From NCBI GenBank assembly GCA_963803435.1, contig CAWDML010000014.1:256157-320156 (forward strand): 64,000 bases of DNA, read 5' to 3'. Each line of letters opens with the position of its first letter. Position 1 is the stretch's first letter. Shown in pieces: positions 30,001-39,120 of the stretch. A program made the position numbers and the translations under genes. Origin of the DNA: an uncultured delta proteobacterium. GTDB lineage: Bacteria; Myxococcota; Kuafuiibacteriia; Kuafuiibacteriales; Kuafuiibacteriaceae. The notes beneath the pieces were generated by a model. That model saw nothing but the letters and a program-made list of their open reading frames with translations. It was not told the origin of the DNA and made no database searches.

Positions 30001-33000
30001 CCTGATGCAGCGCCGCGGCGGGGGCCTGCTCACGGGCGAGCTCGACGAAGCGATCGATCAAGCGCCTCTTCGCCGCGTCTGGAACGGTCGAGGGGATCGA
30101 GATCGTGGTGGCAACGCCTCGCGGGACCATCGCCAGATCGAGGCCGAGCACCGCGTCGGGCGGGGCCGAGGCGGTGGTGTCCGCCAGGATCAGGATACGG
30201 GCCGGGACGCCGAGCGCGCCCAGCGGGAGCTCGCGCTCGAAGGCGTCGGCCGGATCGTCGTCGGTCGCCCGCCGCTCGGAGAGGATGACGCTTCGCTCGA
30301 GCGCATGCGGCTCGAGGCGGACCTCGGCCTCCACGATCACCGCGTCCTGCGCGCGGAGCGCCAGCGCCTCCACCGGCGTCCGCTCGTCGAGCCGGCGGGC
30401 CTGACCCGGGAGCAGATCGATCCGGGGCGGTCCTTCGCGAAAACCGATCAGCTCGGGGCCGCTCACGCGCCGGGCCTCGGCGAACGCCCCGGCCAGCGGC
30501 GGCTCGCCGGCGCCGGCCAGCGCCAGCTTTCCCGAGACCCCGACCAGCTGGGCGCTCCGCACCAGCTCCAGCACCGAGGGGATCGAGAGGTTGGCGATTG
30601 CGGGTCCGTCCGGGAACGCGGGGGCCGGTCCGCCGACGTCGCCCGTCGAGATCAACAGCAGGGCGTCCCCGGCGATCGCCTCCTTCACCGGCAGAAAGAG
30701 CGTGCTTTGGATCCGCGCGCTCAGCTCGGGCGGCAGCGGTTCGTTCTTCGCGAGGATCGCCCGCGCGTCCGCGAGATCCGCCCGCAGCTCGCCGGCCGGC
30801 CGGCGGGTGTCGCGGTGGAGGTAGACAGGATCGCCCGTGCTCGAGGTCTCGATCGAGAAGAGGTGGACGCGCCCCTCCACGTCCGCGGCGAACAGCAGCC
30901 CCTCGTCGTCGGCGAGCTCGTACGCGGCCGAGCCGATGTCGCCGGGCCGCCCGAAGAGGCGCATCGCCGTCTCCTTCGAGACCGCCTCGGCCTGCTCCTG
31001 CACGAAAGACCGCAGCCGCTCCACCTCCCCGGCGACGCGACGTCTCGCCAGCGTGAGCGCTCCCGGCTCGGTATTGGCGTCGGTCCAGGCCAGGTCGCGC
31101 CGAGCGCGAGAGAGGCGCTCCAGTGAGAGGGCCAGGCGTCGCGAGACCACGACCTCGGAGGGCTCTCGCATGTTCGACAGCTCGATCGCCGGACCGATCG
31201 CGCGCCGGTAGGCCAGCGAGCGATCGAGCGCCGCCAGCGCCGGCTCCACCTCACCGCGCGCCAGGGCGCGCGAGGCCGTACGCGAGAAGAGCGCCGCGAT
31301 CAGGGCCTCGTGTCCCGCCATCAGCGCCGGCGGCGTCGAGCGCAACGCCTTCTCCGCCGCCTCCACCGCGCCGTCGTCGTAGAGCGCGCGCGACAGCGCG
31401 AAGGCCGTCTCCAGATCGAGGTCGCCGTCGAGACGCGCGATCGCTGCCGCCGACCGCTCCAGCGCCGCGATCCGTCCGGACGGCGCCGCCAGCGTGCGAT
31501 CGACCTCGGCGAGCGTGTGCAGCGCCATCGCCAGCACGCGCGCGCCCAGCCCGTGGCCAGCGACCGCGCCCAGGCGGGCGGCGGCCTCGAACGCGGTCCG
31601 TGCCTCCAGGAGGCGCGCGCGCGCCGCGTCGAGCGAGCCGATCAGCTGGGCGAGATCGCTCCCGGCGCCCACCGCGCGACGGGCGTTGGCCAGCCGGATC
31701 GCGCCGCGCGCGTATTCGAGCCGGGCCCAGACCGCGACCCGCTCGCGCGCCCACCCGGCCAGCAGCGGAGGCCCGGCGGCGATGGAGGCGGTCCGAGCGA
31801 TCGCACCGGTGCTGGTGAGCGCGGCCGGCACGCGATCGAGCGCCGGCTCGGCGACGGTCGCCGTGGCCGCGAGCGCGTGATCGATCGCCGACTCGTCCGC
31901 GATCGGCACGCCGGCCGCGAGGGAACGCTCGATCTCGAACGCGGTGAGGCGGCCGCGATCCAGGAGGAGGAACGGCTTGTCCTTCGCCGCGTCGTCGTTC
32001 GAGATCATCCCGTCGAGCTCGGCCGTCGCCTCGGACAGCACCGCTCTCCCGCCCTCCAAGTCGCCGTCCGCGAACGCCCGGTAGGCGCGCGCGGCGAACA
32101 GCCCGAGGCGCTCGCGGATCGACAGCAGCGCCAGCGGCCACTGGCGGCCGAACCCGAGCACGGCGCTCGGCACCTCGTCGAGGGCGCGCTTGGTCAGGGC
32201 CAGCCGCTCGTCGACGACCGCGTCGGCGTGCTCCGTCTCGCCCAGCGCCCGATGTGCGGACTCGGAGAGGGCCAGGTTGAGGTCGAGCTCCGCCAGCGTA
32301 TCGAACCCATACAGCGCGGAGCTCGCGTCGGGGGTCACGGACACCCAAACGTCGGGGAGATCGCGCTTGATCTCCCCAATCTCGCGGAGGTCCCGGCGTG
32401 CCCCGGCGAGCTCTCCGAGGACGGTGTCGAGCGCGTGCGCGCTCCGGTCCTCGAGCGTCCCCAGGCGGGCTCGGGCACGCTCGCGCTTGGCGATCATCGA
32501 GCGCTGGATCAGCTTCTTCTTCTCGAGCTCGGAGCCGAACCGCTCCAGCGCGTCCCGCGCGTATGCTTCCTCCCCCGCCTGCTGATAGGCGAGCGCCAGG
32601 TTCCCGTAGAGCTGCGCCAGGCGCCGCGGATCGTTCGCCACCTCCGCGAGGTGGATCGCCCGGCGGGTCGCCATCGCGCTGAGCGCCCACTCCTCCGACC
32701 AGGCGGCGGCGCGTCCGAACCGCTCGTAATAGACCATCTCGGTGGCGGGGCTCTTGAACCGGTAGTCGAACCGGAAGGCGTCGAGGTAGCGCTCGAAGGC
32801 GAGCCGGAAGTTCGAGGTGTCCCGCGTGGTCTCGCCCAATCGGTAGTGACCGTTGCCCAGGTTGATCAGGATCTCCGCCTCGGTGTCCGGATGCGCCGAC
32901 TCCTGGTTGAGACGCAGCGCGGTCTTGTAGTCCTCGATCGCGTCCTCGAGTAGTCCGGTGGTGCTGATCGAGATGTCGAGCAGCTCGCCGAGCGCGTAGT

Positions 33001-35407
33001 TGATGATGCGCGCGGTGACCGTGGCGACCGAATCGAGGAAGCCCGGCTCGAGCAGCTGCTTCATCTCCCGGATCCATCCGCGCGTGATGTACGCGTGCAC
33101 GAACTGCGGATTGAGCTCGATCGCGCGATCGATCTCCTCGAGCGCCGCGTCGAGATCGGGCGGGTCCTCGTAGGTCAGCGCCAGGCCGTAGGCGTAGCGG
33201 GCCATCGGCGTGTTGGGCGAGTCCGCGACCCGCACGCGCGCTTCGGCCACGGCCGGCTCGATCTCACCGAGCTGTGCCGACAGCGCCAGATACCGCCGGT
33301 AGGCCTCGACCTGCGTGGGATCGTTGTCGATGACGCTCCGGTACGCCGTGCGGGCCGCCCGAGCGTCGCCCTTCCGCTCCTCCTGATCGGCACGCAAGAG
33401 ATTGACGCGCGTGATCGCGTCGCGCGCCGTCGAGGTGACCCCGGGCAGCTCGCCGAACTCCTGGCGCAGCGCCCGCCAGGCCTCGCTGGCCGCGTCGAGC
33501 CGGCTGCGCGCCTCCTCGACGTGCGCCAGCTTCTCGAGGGCGTGGGCCGCCCGCAGCCGATCGTCGAGCTGGCGGGCCTCGTCCACCAGGCGCGTCAGGT
33601 CGAGCGCGGCGTCGTCGTAGGCCTCGTTCTCGAGGAGGATCTCGGTGAGACGGGCGCGCGCCTCCAACCGCACGGGCGAGCGCCCATAACGCGGGATCAG
33701 CCGGCGCAGCTCGTCCACCAGCTCGCGGAAGCTGCGACCGCGCCGGAGCTCCGACAGGTGCACCTCGACGATCCGGCGCGACGCCTCGCGCACCACCTCG
33801 CGCTGATCGGGGTGCTCGACGAGCACGCGCGCGTACGCCTCACCGATCGCGCCTGGGTCGTGCGCAACGCCGAGGAGCTCGACCCGCCGCAGCATGGCCC
33901 GGGCCGCCGAGAAGGACTCGTCTCGGTGCGTCTCCACCAGGCGATCGAAGGCCTCGATGGCGCGCCGCCGTTCCCCGCGATCGATCAGCACCTCCGCCAT
34001 CTCCAGCTCGATGCGGGCGGCCACCCGAGGATCCGACGCGTACGTCTCACCGAGCGCCTCGAGCCGCCCGTAGATGCCGACCAGCGCCGCCTCGCGCGCG
34101 AAGGGCGTCGCCGCCGTGGCCAGCTCCGCGATCCGGTCCAGCGCCACGAGCTCGGTCTCGGCGATCCCGCGCAGCTCCGCCCGCGGCGTCCCCTCGGCCG
34201 CCCCGCGCGTCACCTCCACCAGCCGGTCGAACGCGATGCGCGCCAGATCGTGCCGCGACTGCTCCAGCTGGAGGTTCCCGATCCTGAGGAGCGCCTGCGC
34301 ATGGACGAGCGTGCCGGGATCCGTGAGGGCGAGCGCGCAGCGATAGGCGAACCAGCGCTTGCGCGGCTCGTCGAGCGTGTCCGCCAGATCGAAATACTGC
34401 TTCGGGTCCGGATAGCGGGGAAACATGCCCGAGACCGGAAGCCGAAGGACGTCCTGCTGCGCCCGACCCTGCGTGAAGTAGAGCGCGCCGTTGGCGATGC
34501 GCGGAAAGAGCTCGTCGTCGGCGCCATCGGTGAGCGGAAACGGCGCCGAGGCCCGATCGCTGCCCGCGAAGAAAGCCGGGAGGTCGACGTCGATCCGCCA
34601 GAGGCTCGCGTGGTCGTCCGGATCGATCTTGCCGCTCCCGTCGTCGTCGTCGGCGAAGCGGACGTACGCCAGCCCGTAGCGGCCCTCGGTGCGCTCGGGC
34701 GCAAACCGAGCGAAGCCCTCCGGCGTCGGGTCGCGGGTGAGGGCGCGCGTCGCCGAATCGGACAACCGCATCGCCACCAGGTGGGGCGCCGGTCGTCCGC
34801 CCTCGCCGGCGGGGGCGGTGTAGACCAGAAAGCGGCCGTCGATCGAGACGTCCGGATCGAACCCCGGGGTGGGCGAGATCCGGCGGCGCTCCCGCGTGTC
34901 GAGATCGATCTCGTTGATCGACTCGAATCCGACGCCGGACGCCGACGCGAAGTAGAGCTTCTTACCGTCGGGGGAGAAGACCGGCTCGCTGTCCGAGGTC
35001 TTCTCGTCGGTGAGACGCTCCGGATTCTCCTCCTGCTCGAACCCGTGCACGAGGAACAGGTCGCCCTTGGCATCGTCGCGCCGCGACACGAACGCCAGCG
35101 TCTTACCGTCGGGCGAGATGCGCGGATCGAAGTCGTCGGTCGGCGAAGCGATCGTCAGCGGATAGATCGAGTTCGTGCCGAAGTCGCGAACCCAGACGTC
35201 GAGGTTGCCATTCTGCTCGCTCGCGAAGACCAGGTAGCGACCGTCGGGGCTGGGGCTCGCGTCGAGGTCGTCCTCGGGCGTGAAGGCGACCAGCTCGGGG
35301 CGACGGATCCCCTCCACCTCTTTGGGCGGCCCGGGCCCGCCACGCCACTCTCCCTGGGCGCAGGCGGTCAGGACGACCAGGCCAAGAACGGCGCCCGCCC
35401 GTCTCAT
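26990..35407 (-). CDS. Giant lipoprotein: PD40/TolB-like propeller, TPR arrays, C-terminal CHAT (caspase-like) protease
   Basis: Lipobox VLTAC; SPDG repeats; TPR motifs (QYNNLGRVY, DLRNLGRT); CHAT motifs IVPHGPL, FHFAGH, LVVLSACQT, ALKAAQ, HPAWWATF. Confidence 0.88.
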   Translation of the reverse strand: MRRAGAVLGLVVLTACAQGEWRGGPGPPKEVEGIRRPELVAFTPEDDLDASPSPDGRYLVFASEQNGNLDVWVRDFGTNSIYPLTIASPTDDFDPRISPDGKTLAFVSRRDDAKGDLFLVHGFEQEENPERLTDEKTSDSEPVFSPDGKKLYFASASGVGFESINEIDLDTRERRRISPTPGFDPDVSIDGRFLVYTAPAGEGGRPAPHLVAMRLSDSATRALTRDPTPEGFARFAPERTEGRYGLAYVRFADDDDGSGKIDPDDHASLWRIDVDLPAFFAGSDRASAPFPLTDGADDELFPRIANGALYFTQGRAQQDVLRLPVSGMFPRYPDPKQYFDLADTLDEPRKRWFAYRCALALTDPGTLVHAQALLRIGNLQLEQSRHDLARIAFDRLVEVTRGAAEGTPRAELRGIAETELVALDRIAELATAATPFAREAALVGIYGRLEALGETYASDPRVAARIELEMAEVLIDRGERRRAIEAFDRLVETHRDESFSAARAMLRRVELLGVAHDPGAIGEAYARVLVEHPDQREVVREASRRIVEVHLSELRRGRSFRELVDELRRLIPRYGRSPVRLEARARLTEILLENEAYDDAALDLTRLVDEARQLDDRLRAAHALEKLAHVEEARSRLDAASEAWRALRQEFGELPGVTSTARDAITRVNLLRADQEERKGDARAARTAYRSVIDNDPTQVEAYRRYLALSAQLGEIEPAVAEARVRVADSPNTPMARYAYGLALTYEDPPDLDAALEEIDRAIELNPQFVHAYITRGWIREMKQLLEPGFLDSVATVTARIINYALGELLDISISTTGLLEDAIEDYKTALRLNQESAHPDTEAEILINLGNGHYRLGETTRDTSNFRLAFERYLDAFRFDYRFKSPATEMVYYERFGRAAAWSEEWALSAMATRRAIHLAEVANDPRRLAQLYGNLALAYQQAGEEAYARDALERFGSELEKKKLIQRSMIAKRERARARLGTLEDRSAHALDTVLGELAGARRDLREIGEIKRDLPDVWVSVTPDASSALYGFDTLAELDLNLALSESAHRALGETEHADAVVDERLALTKRALDEVPSAVLGFGRQWPLALLSIRERLGLFAARAYRAFADGDLEGGRAVLSEATAELDGMISNDDAAKDKPFLLLDRGRLTAFEIERSLAAGVPIADESAIDHALAATATVAEPALDRVPAALTSTGAIARTASIAAGPPLLAGWARERVAVWARLEYARGAIRLANARRAVGAGSDLAQLIGSLDAARARLLEARTAFEAAARLGAVAGHGLGARVLAMALHTLAEVDRTLAAPSGRIAALERSAAAIARLDGDLDLETAFALSRALYDDGAVEAAEKALRSTPPALMAGHEALIAALFSRTASRALARGEVEPALAALDRSLAYRRAIGPAIELSNMREPSEVVVSRRLALSLERLSRARRDLAWTDANTEPGALTLARRRVAGEVERLRSFVQEQAEAVSKETAMRLFGRPGDIGSAAYELADDEGLLFAADVEGRVHLFSIETSSTGDPVYLHRDTRRPAGELRADLADARAILAKNEPLPPELSARIQSTLFLPVKEAIAGDALLLISTGDVGGPAPAFPDGPAIANLSIPSVLELVRSAQLVGVSGKLALAGAGEPPLAGAFAEARRVSGPELIGFREGPPRIDLLPGQARRLDERTPVEALALRAQDAVIVEAEVRLEPHALERSVILSERRATDDDPADAFERELPLGALGVPARILILADTTASAPPDAVLGLDLAMVPRGVATTISIPSTVPDAAKRRLIDRFVELAREQAPAAALHQAQKEGAAEAPSVLSAQLIGSPGLDGDASRSFAQKHLKSASSSAGRAFKQKQYREAVDAIERWIRLQLAAKKEDSLVFAYTALVGILSEHIDPPEHARAADHQRDLVAHLERALAGTKELKARAKVEEELLTARLQLGQLYSKAQDFEKAEETFTALVGELKKKGDLLGLGRAYHDYALHKRDMLEDAAAVELLERAIAIYRRAGVYQRKNRPREADSAVLRVAEIELNRLSDPVKAKRAFERAYRLAQTDEERLDITLGLARAARRRGDFEDAEHQAEKARAEAAAKNLPELELSALIEAANVSWYRGDYQRAGELCDTSLARVDELLERIRKTGSLVPVSQKEQKPKDQQSLATLRKRVRRLQIYALSVCGVTAMSQRDFDAAVGHLERARRIAEAIKDERELATQYNNLGRVYLEFGRLEEAGEAFRAAEKIDRRLKDRYALAYDLRNLGRTLSLEGQGEAAQTALETALEYSREVKDQNNELRARFALGELFRENGDLASARAQYQQALPIADRFQVKDLAQSIHRALGLMLVAQGDQAGAEKELRSAIDTARTITGRVAQSDFGPDRYAAFDDLIALLLSQSRPEEAFQVAEETRVLELSELAEDSRLSVGGPEVTALWRTAKGAETATAAVAALDALTLKNPRLARMLKEDRLDEVRARLPADAAILMYRTTEDALVIFALAHDRITARRVPIARSELRDLLARYTREMAARADVTESSRHLADLLLAPVAGDIAAIHRIAIVPHGPLSYVAFAALPVDPEGTTLLIDRASVAVALGPRAAADALAEPLPSLAAGRGSRLPIVALGAPLPAPGSAIAPLTFADKELELIREEYPEAEAIRGAAVTRESFLASLRRAGGVFHFAGHFFLGGEGARSSDPLGGRLPTSDGPVSMLDVLNTRTSARLVVLSACQTLISPDRTSSLSGDELRSLAQAFRFAGAGWVLATTMHVNDLTAALVMKHFYREARTRDALEALKAAQIEVRKLHPHPAWWATFSLLI

Positions 35408-35967
35408 CTGATCTCTCGACGCTTCGAGAACGCGCCCTTCTTCACCTCGATCAGGTGATCCGGCGCCGCCGTGTCGCGCAGGAGACGCTCGTACGCGTGC
35501 TCGATCTCGTCCATCTCCGCCGGCGTGGGATCGGCGCGGCCACTCTTTCTCGCCAGCTCGAAGGCCGCCCAGGTCAGGATCACCTGACGGGATCGATTCT
35601 CTTCCTTCACCACGCGGACCACGCGGCGGCCGGCGGCGGGATCCCGATCGACGAGCGCGCAGGGACGCGGGATCACGCGGGCCCCGAGGCCTTCGGCAAG
35701 GCAGCCTGCGTTCTTCAGCTCGAGGAGATCATCCTCGTTGAACTGCTGAGTGGAGCGGGCCTCGAGCGCCTCCATCCGCAGGCTCTCGAAGGAAACCGTG
35801 GGGGCCGTGGGGGCCCGCAACGAAGACGCGTGCATCAGCTCCCGATCGAGCTCCTCGTAGGCGCCGAGCAGCTGGAACTCGAGCGCGGTCGGCTTGGCCA
35901 CCGCGCCCACGGCGGTCACACACCCGGACGAGAGGAGAGCCAGCAACACCAGCGCGGCCTTCGGCAT
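35404..35967 (-). CDS. Lipoprotein, possibly DUF1318/YdbL-like
   Basis: Lipobox LSSGC; GCLAEG and VVKEENRSR resemble YdbL; stop overlaps the CHAT gene start (ATGA). Confidence 0.6.
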   Translation of the reverse strand: MPKAALVLLALLSSGCVTAVGAVAKPTALEFQLLGAYEELDRELMHASSLRAPTAPTVSFESLRMEALEARSTQQFNEDDLLELKNAGCLAEGLGARVIPRPCALVDRDPAAGRRVVRVVKEENRSRQVILTWAAFELARKSGRADPTPAEMDEIEHAYERLLRDTAAPDHLIEVKKGAFSKRREIR

Positions 35968-35997
35968 CGCCGGGATCCGCGTAACATGACGGAGGCG

Positions 35998-37164
35998 TCA
36001 GCGCACCTTCCCGAGGACGATCCGGGTGACCACCCAGGCGAAGGTGATGAGGAAGACCAACCCGGCTATCGCCGCCACCTCGCCCACGTGCGTGCGCTCG
36101 GGCGCCGGCCGCCCCGAAGGGATCGTATCGCGATCGAGAAGCACTCCCTCGAGGCTGTAGGCCGAGAGCTGATTCGTCGCGCCCACCTCGAGCAGCGCCC
36201 AGTTGTACGTCGGCGAGAAGGCGACCGAGCCCGGGACCCAGTGCTCGCGATCGTACAGCGGGGCCCCACCTCCGCCGGAGATCAGCACCGTCAGTCCGTC
36301 CTGCACGATCCGCTCGTACAGGTGATCGTGACCGGCGATGAATGCGTGCACCCCGTGCCGCTTCGCCATCGCCAGGAGCGCCTCACCCTGCTCGTGCCCA
36401 CCGTGGTACCCGGAGCTCAGCGGTCCCTGGTGCATCGTGATCAGCTTGAGCGTCGCGTCCTCGTTCGCGGCCAGGGCGCGGTCGAGGAACCGCAGGGTGG
36501 GGCTGCCTGGTGAGAGATCGACGTTGCTGTCGATCGAGACGATCAGAGTGCCGCCGAGACGCACGTGGAACGACCCCGGCGCCGCGCCCGTCTCCTTCGC
36601 GATCGGATCGTCGGGCGGCGGAACCTCCGACATCGCCTCGACCAGCGGATCCCGGCGGAGCGGCGGCGCCTGGTAGTAGCGAAAGAGCTCGTGGTTGCCG
36701 AGCGCCAGGACGATCGGAACCTCGGCCGAGAGCGGCAGCACCGCCGCCAGGTGCTGCGTCCAGCCGGTGCGATCGCCCGCCCAGCGGATCACGTCGCCGG
36801 TGTGGATGACCACCGTCGGCCTCGCGCGCGCCATCTGCTCGATCAACCCCGCGTGCGGACCGGTCCCTCCGCGGCTGTCGCCGTAGATCGCGATCCGCAG
36901 CGGACCGGCCCCGAAGAACGGGCGCACCGTGTGATGCGCGACCTCGAGCCCGTCCAGCGAGAGCACGTAGTCGGTCGGCGCATCCTCGGGCGCCGGAAGG
37001 CCCTTGAAGGTGTATGGGCCGGCCGAGGTCGCGGTCCGCGCGAGCGCACCCCATTCGAGGGTGATCGCCGCGGTCGACGACAGCGTCACGGTCAGCTGGA
37101 GCTCTCGGGCGTCGGTGGTCGCGAACGTGAGGACCGCGCCGATCAGCGCCGCGCCCGCCGCCAA
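35998..37164 (-). CDS. Calcineurin-like metallophosphoesterase with C-terminal TM anchor
   Basis: YGDSR, HTGDV, LGNHE, MHQG, AGHDH; TTG start just after the upstream stop. Confidence 0.85.
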   Translation of the reverse strand: MAAGAALIGAVLTFATTDARELQLTVTLSSTAAITLEWGALARTATSAGPYTFKGLPAPEDAPTDYVLSLDGLEVAHHTVRPFFGAGPLRIAIYGDSRGGTGPHAGLIEQMARARPTVVIHTGDVIRWAGDRTGWTQHLAAVLPLSAEVPIVLALGNHELFRYYQAPPLRRDPLVEAMSEVPPPDDPIAKETGAAPGSFHVRLGGTLIVSIDSNVDLSPGSPTLRFLDRALAANEDATLKLITMHQGPLSSGYHGGHEQGEALLAMAKRHGVHAFIAGHDHLYERIVQDGLTVLISGGGGAPLYDREHWVPGSVAFSPTYNWALLEVGATNQLSAYSLEGVLLDRDTIPSGRPAPERTHVGEVAAIAGLVFLITFAWVVTRIVLGKVR

Positions 37165-37165
37165 C

Positions 37166-37513
37166 TCAGTCTCCCTCGAGGGGCGGCGCGAAGACGTCGT
37201 CGGGGCGTTTGCACACCATGAGCCGCCGCCCCGTGCCCTCGCGGATGCGGTCGGCGTTGCAGACGAGGTCGCCCGGGCAGGCGATGTCCGCGTTGCAATA
37301 CGCCAGCGGAGCCTCCTGATTGTCGATCGGCTCGAAGCTCGCCCGATCGCGACAGCGAAAGTCGGCGAACGGGTCGTGCTTGTGCGGCAGGCACTCCGCT
37401 CCGGGATCGCAATCGCTCCGGTTTCGATCACACTGGCGGCCGATCAGAAAGTCGGTGCGCTCCTCGAGCCCGCAGGCGGCGGCCAGCACCACGATCAACA
37501 GGAGGAAGCGCAT
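37166..37513 (-). CDS. Small Cys-rich lipoprotein
   Basis: MRFLLLIVVLAAAC lipobox, 8 further Cys; TGATG coupling to the upstream gene. Confidence 0.75.
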   Translation of the reverse strand: MRFLLLIVVLAAACGLEERTDFLIGRQCDRNRSDCDPGAECLPHKHDPFADFRCRDRASFEPIDNQEAPLAYCNADIACPGDLVCNADRIREGTGRRLMVCKRPDDVFAPPLEGD

Positions 37514-38635
37514 CACTTCGTCCTCGGCGTCAGGATCCAGTCGACGATCACCCAGATCGCGGTCCCGAGCAGCACCGCTCCACCCGCGATGGTGAGCGAC
37601 GATCCGGTTCGATACTGCGACCGCGCCGTGTTGCGCCGCTCGATGGCGACCTGCGCCGTCACCGTGACGCCCGGCTGATACCGCATCTGCCCCGAGAGCT
37701 CGTTGTAATCGGACTGCGCCCGACTCATCAGGACGCCGCCGCCCACGCCGAGGCCGATCCCCGCCACCGCGGTGATCCAGGGCCAGGGCGTGGCGAGGAT
37801 CGATCGAGAGCCCTCGTCGGGAGGGGCCGCCCCAGCGACGTCCGCGGTGACGCCGCTCCCCTCGCGTCGCGAGGCCCGGCCGAAGGGCTCGACCTGCTTT
37901 CTGCCCGTCGGGCGGATGTACAGCGGATCGGGCTCGAGCTCGAATCGGGATGCGCGTAGCAGCGCCGCCCGGTTCGGCCGGCGGGATCACGACGCGGAGC
38001 TCCTTCGGGTGGTAGCCCTCGGCCTCGGCGACCGCGAGGTAGGTACCGGACCAGTATGGCATCGCGGATCCGTCCTCCGGCACCTGGACCGGATCGCCGT
38101 AGAAGTACAGGCGCGCGTCCTTGGGCTCGAGGTCGAAGTCGACCAAGGCGTCGGGCTTGCCGAACAGGCGCCGCGTGGCTGTCCGCACCGCGCCCTCGAG
38201 ACCACCGGGACGCGCGGTGGGGATCTTCCAGATCAGGACCTCGACGATGGTCGCCTTGGGGACGTCGAGCACGATCAGCTTGAGCTCGTGCTTCTCCTCC
38301 TCCTTGCCGCTGACGAGCCGGACGTGACCGATCAGCATGCGGTCGCCCTGGAGGATCTCGCCCACCTCCACCAGACAGAACACGTCGTAGTCGCAGGCGC
38401 GGGCCTGCTCGGTCAGCTTGACGCCGATCTCCTGCTCGACCGTCTTCGGCTCGATGACCTCGGTCCCCTCGATCGATCGGATCGTGCCGAGGACCCACTC
38501 GGTGGCGGAGCTGGCGGTGTCGTAGGAGACCCCGCGGGCGTCCAGCGGAAACACGATCACGCTGCCGGCCTGGGCGGATCGGGCCCCGAGCAGGGACAGC
38601 GCGATCAGCAGGGCACCGGAGCGGACCAACGACAC
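37513..38635 (-). CDS. Secreted PEGA-like domain protein with C-terminal hydrophobic hairpin (apparent frameshift ~37944)
   Basis: Signal peptide ending AQA-G; PEGA-like segment (GTY..AEAEGY). Removing one T in CCGATTCGAG joins it to the 37513 frame. Confidence 0.65.
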
Positions 38636-38640
38636 GGTAG

Positions 38641-39117
38641 TTACTCGAACCGGCGGCGCGCGTCACCGGCGGCGGATTCCCCACGGTCGGGCGCGACGTC
38701 CCGCCGCCCGATCCCGTGCTCGTAGACCAGCTTTCCACCGCTGTTGCCCACTCCGATCGCCAGCGGCCACAGCAGCATCCCGGCGACGATCCCGAGGATC
38801 TGCCCCTTCACCTTCAGCTTGTGCCCGGCTCCGAAGCGCACCGCCGCACAAAGCAAGAGGAGCCACGGGATCAGGTTGGCGTTGTCCGCGTGCGTGCTCA
38901 AGAGCTCGGGATCTGCGCCCTTGGCCACCGCCGCGTCGAACGCCGCCTGCCCGGTGGCGGTCGCGAACAGGCTGACGAGCAACCCGAAGATCAGGAGCGC
39001 CAGCGCCACCTTCGACACGTCCGCTCGTTTGAATAGAAGGCCAGCCAGATCGATGACCGGCCAGAGTAGGATCACCGCGAGCGGGAGGTGGACGGCCATC
39101 GGGTGGAGCCGATCCAA
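38641..39117 (-). CDS. DUF2231-like membrane protein
   Basis: LHPMAVHLPLA, ATG, central His and GGKLVYEHGIG; 4 TM. Confidence 0.8.
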   Translation of the reverse strand: MDRLHPMAVHLPLAVILLWPVIDLAGLLFKRADVSKVALALLIFGLLVSLFATATGQAAFDAAVAKGADPELLSTHADNANLIPWLLLLCAAVRFGAGHKLKVKGQILGIVAGMLLWPLAIGVGNSGGKLVYEHGIGRRDVAPDRGESAAGDARRRFE

Positions 39118-39120
39118 GGG

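Noticed and set aside
37166-38635. PEGA and Cys-rich lipoprotein as a single 489-aa fusion
   Set aside because: Artefact of the ~37944 indel; the lipoprotein has its own ATG and signal peptide coupled to the upstream stop.
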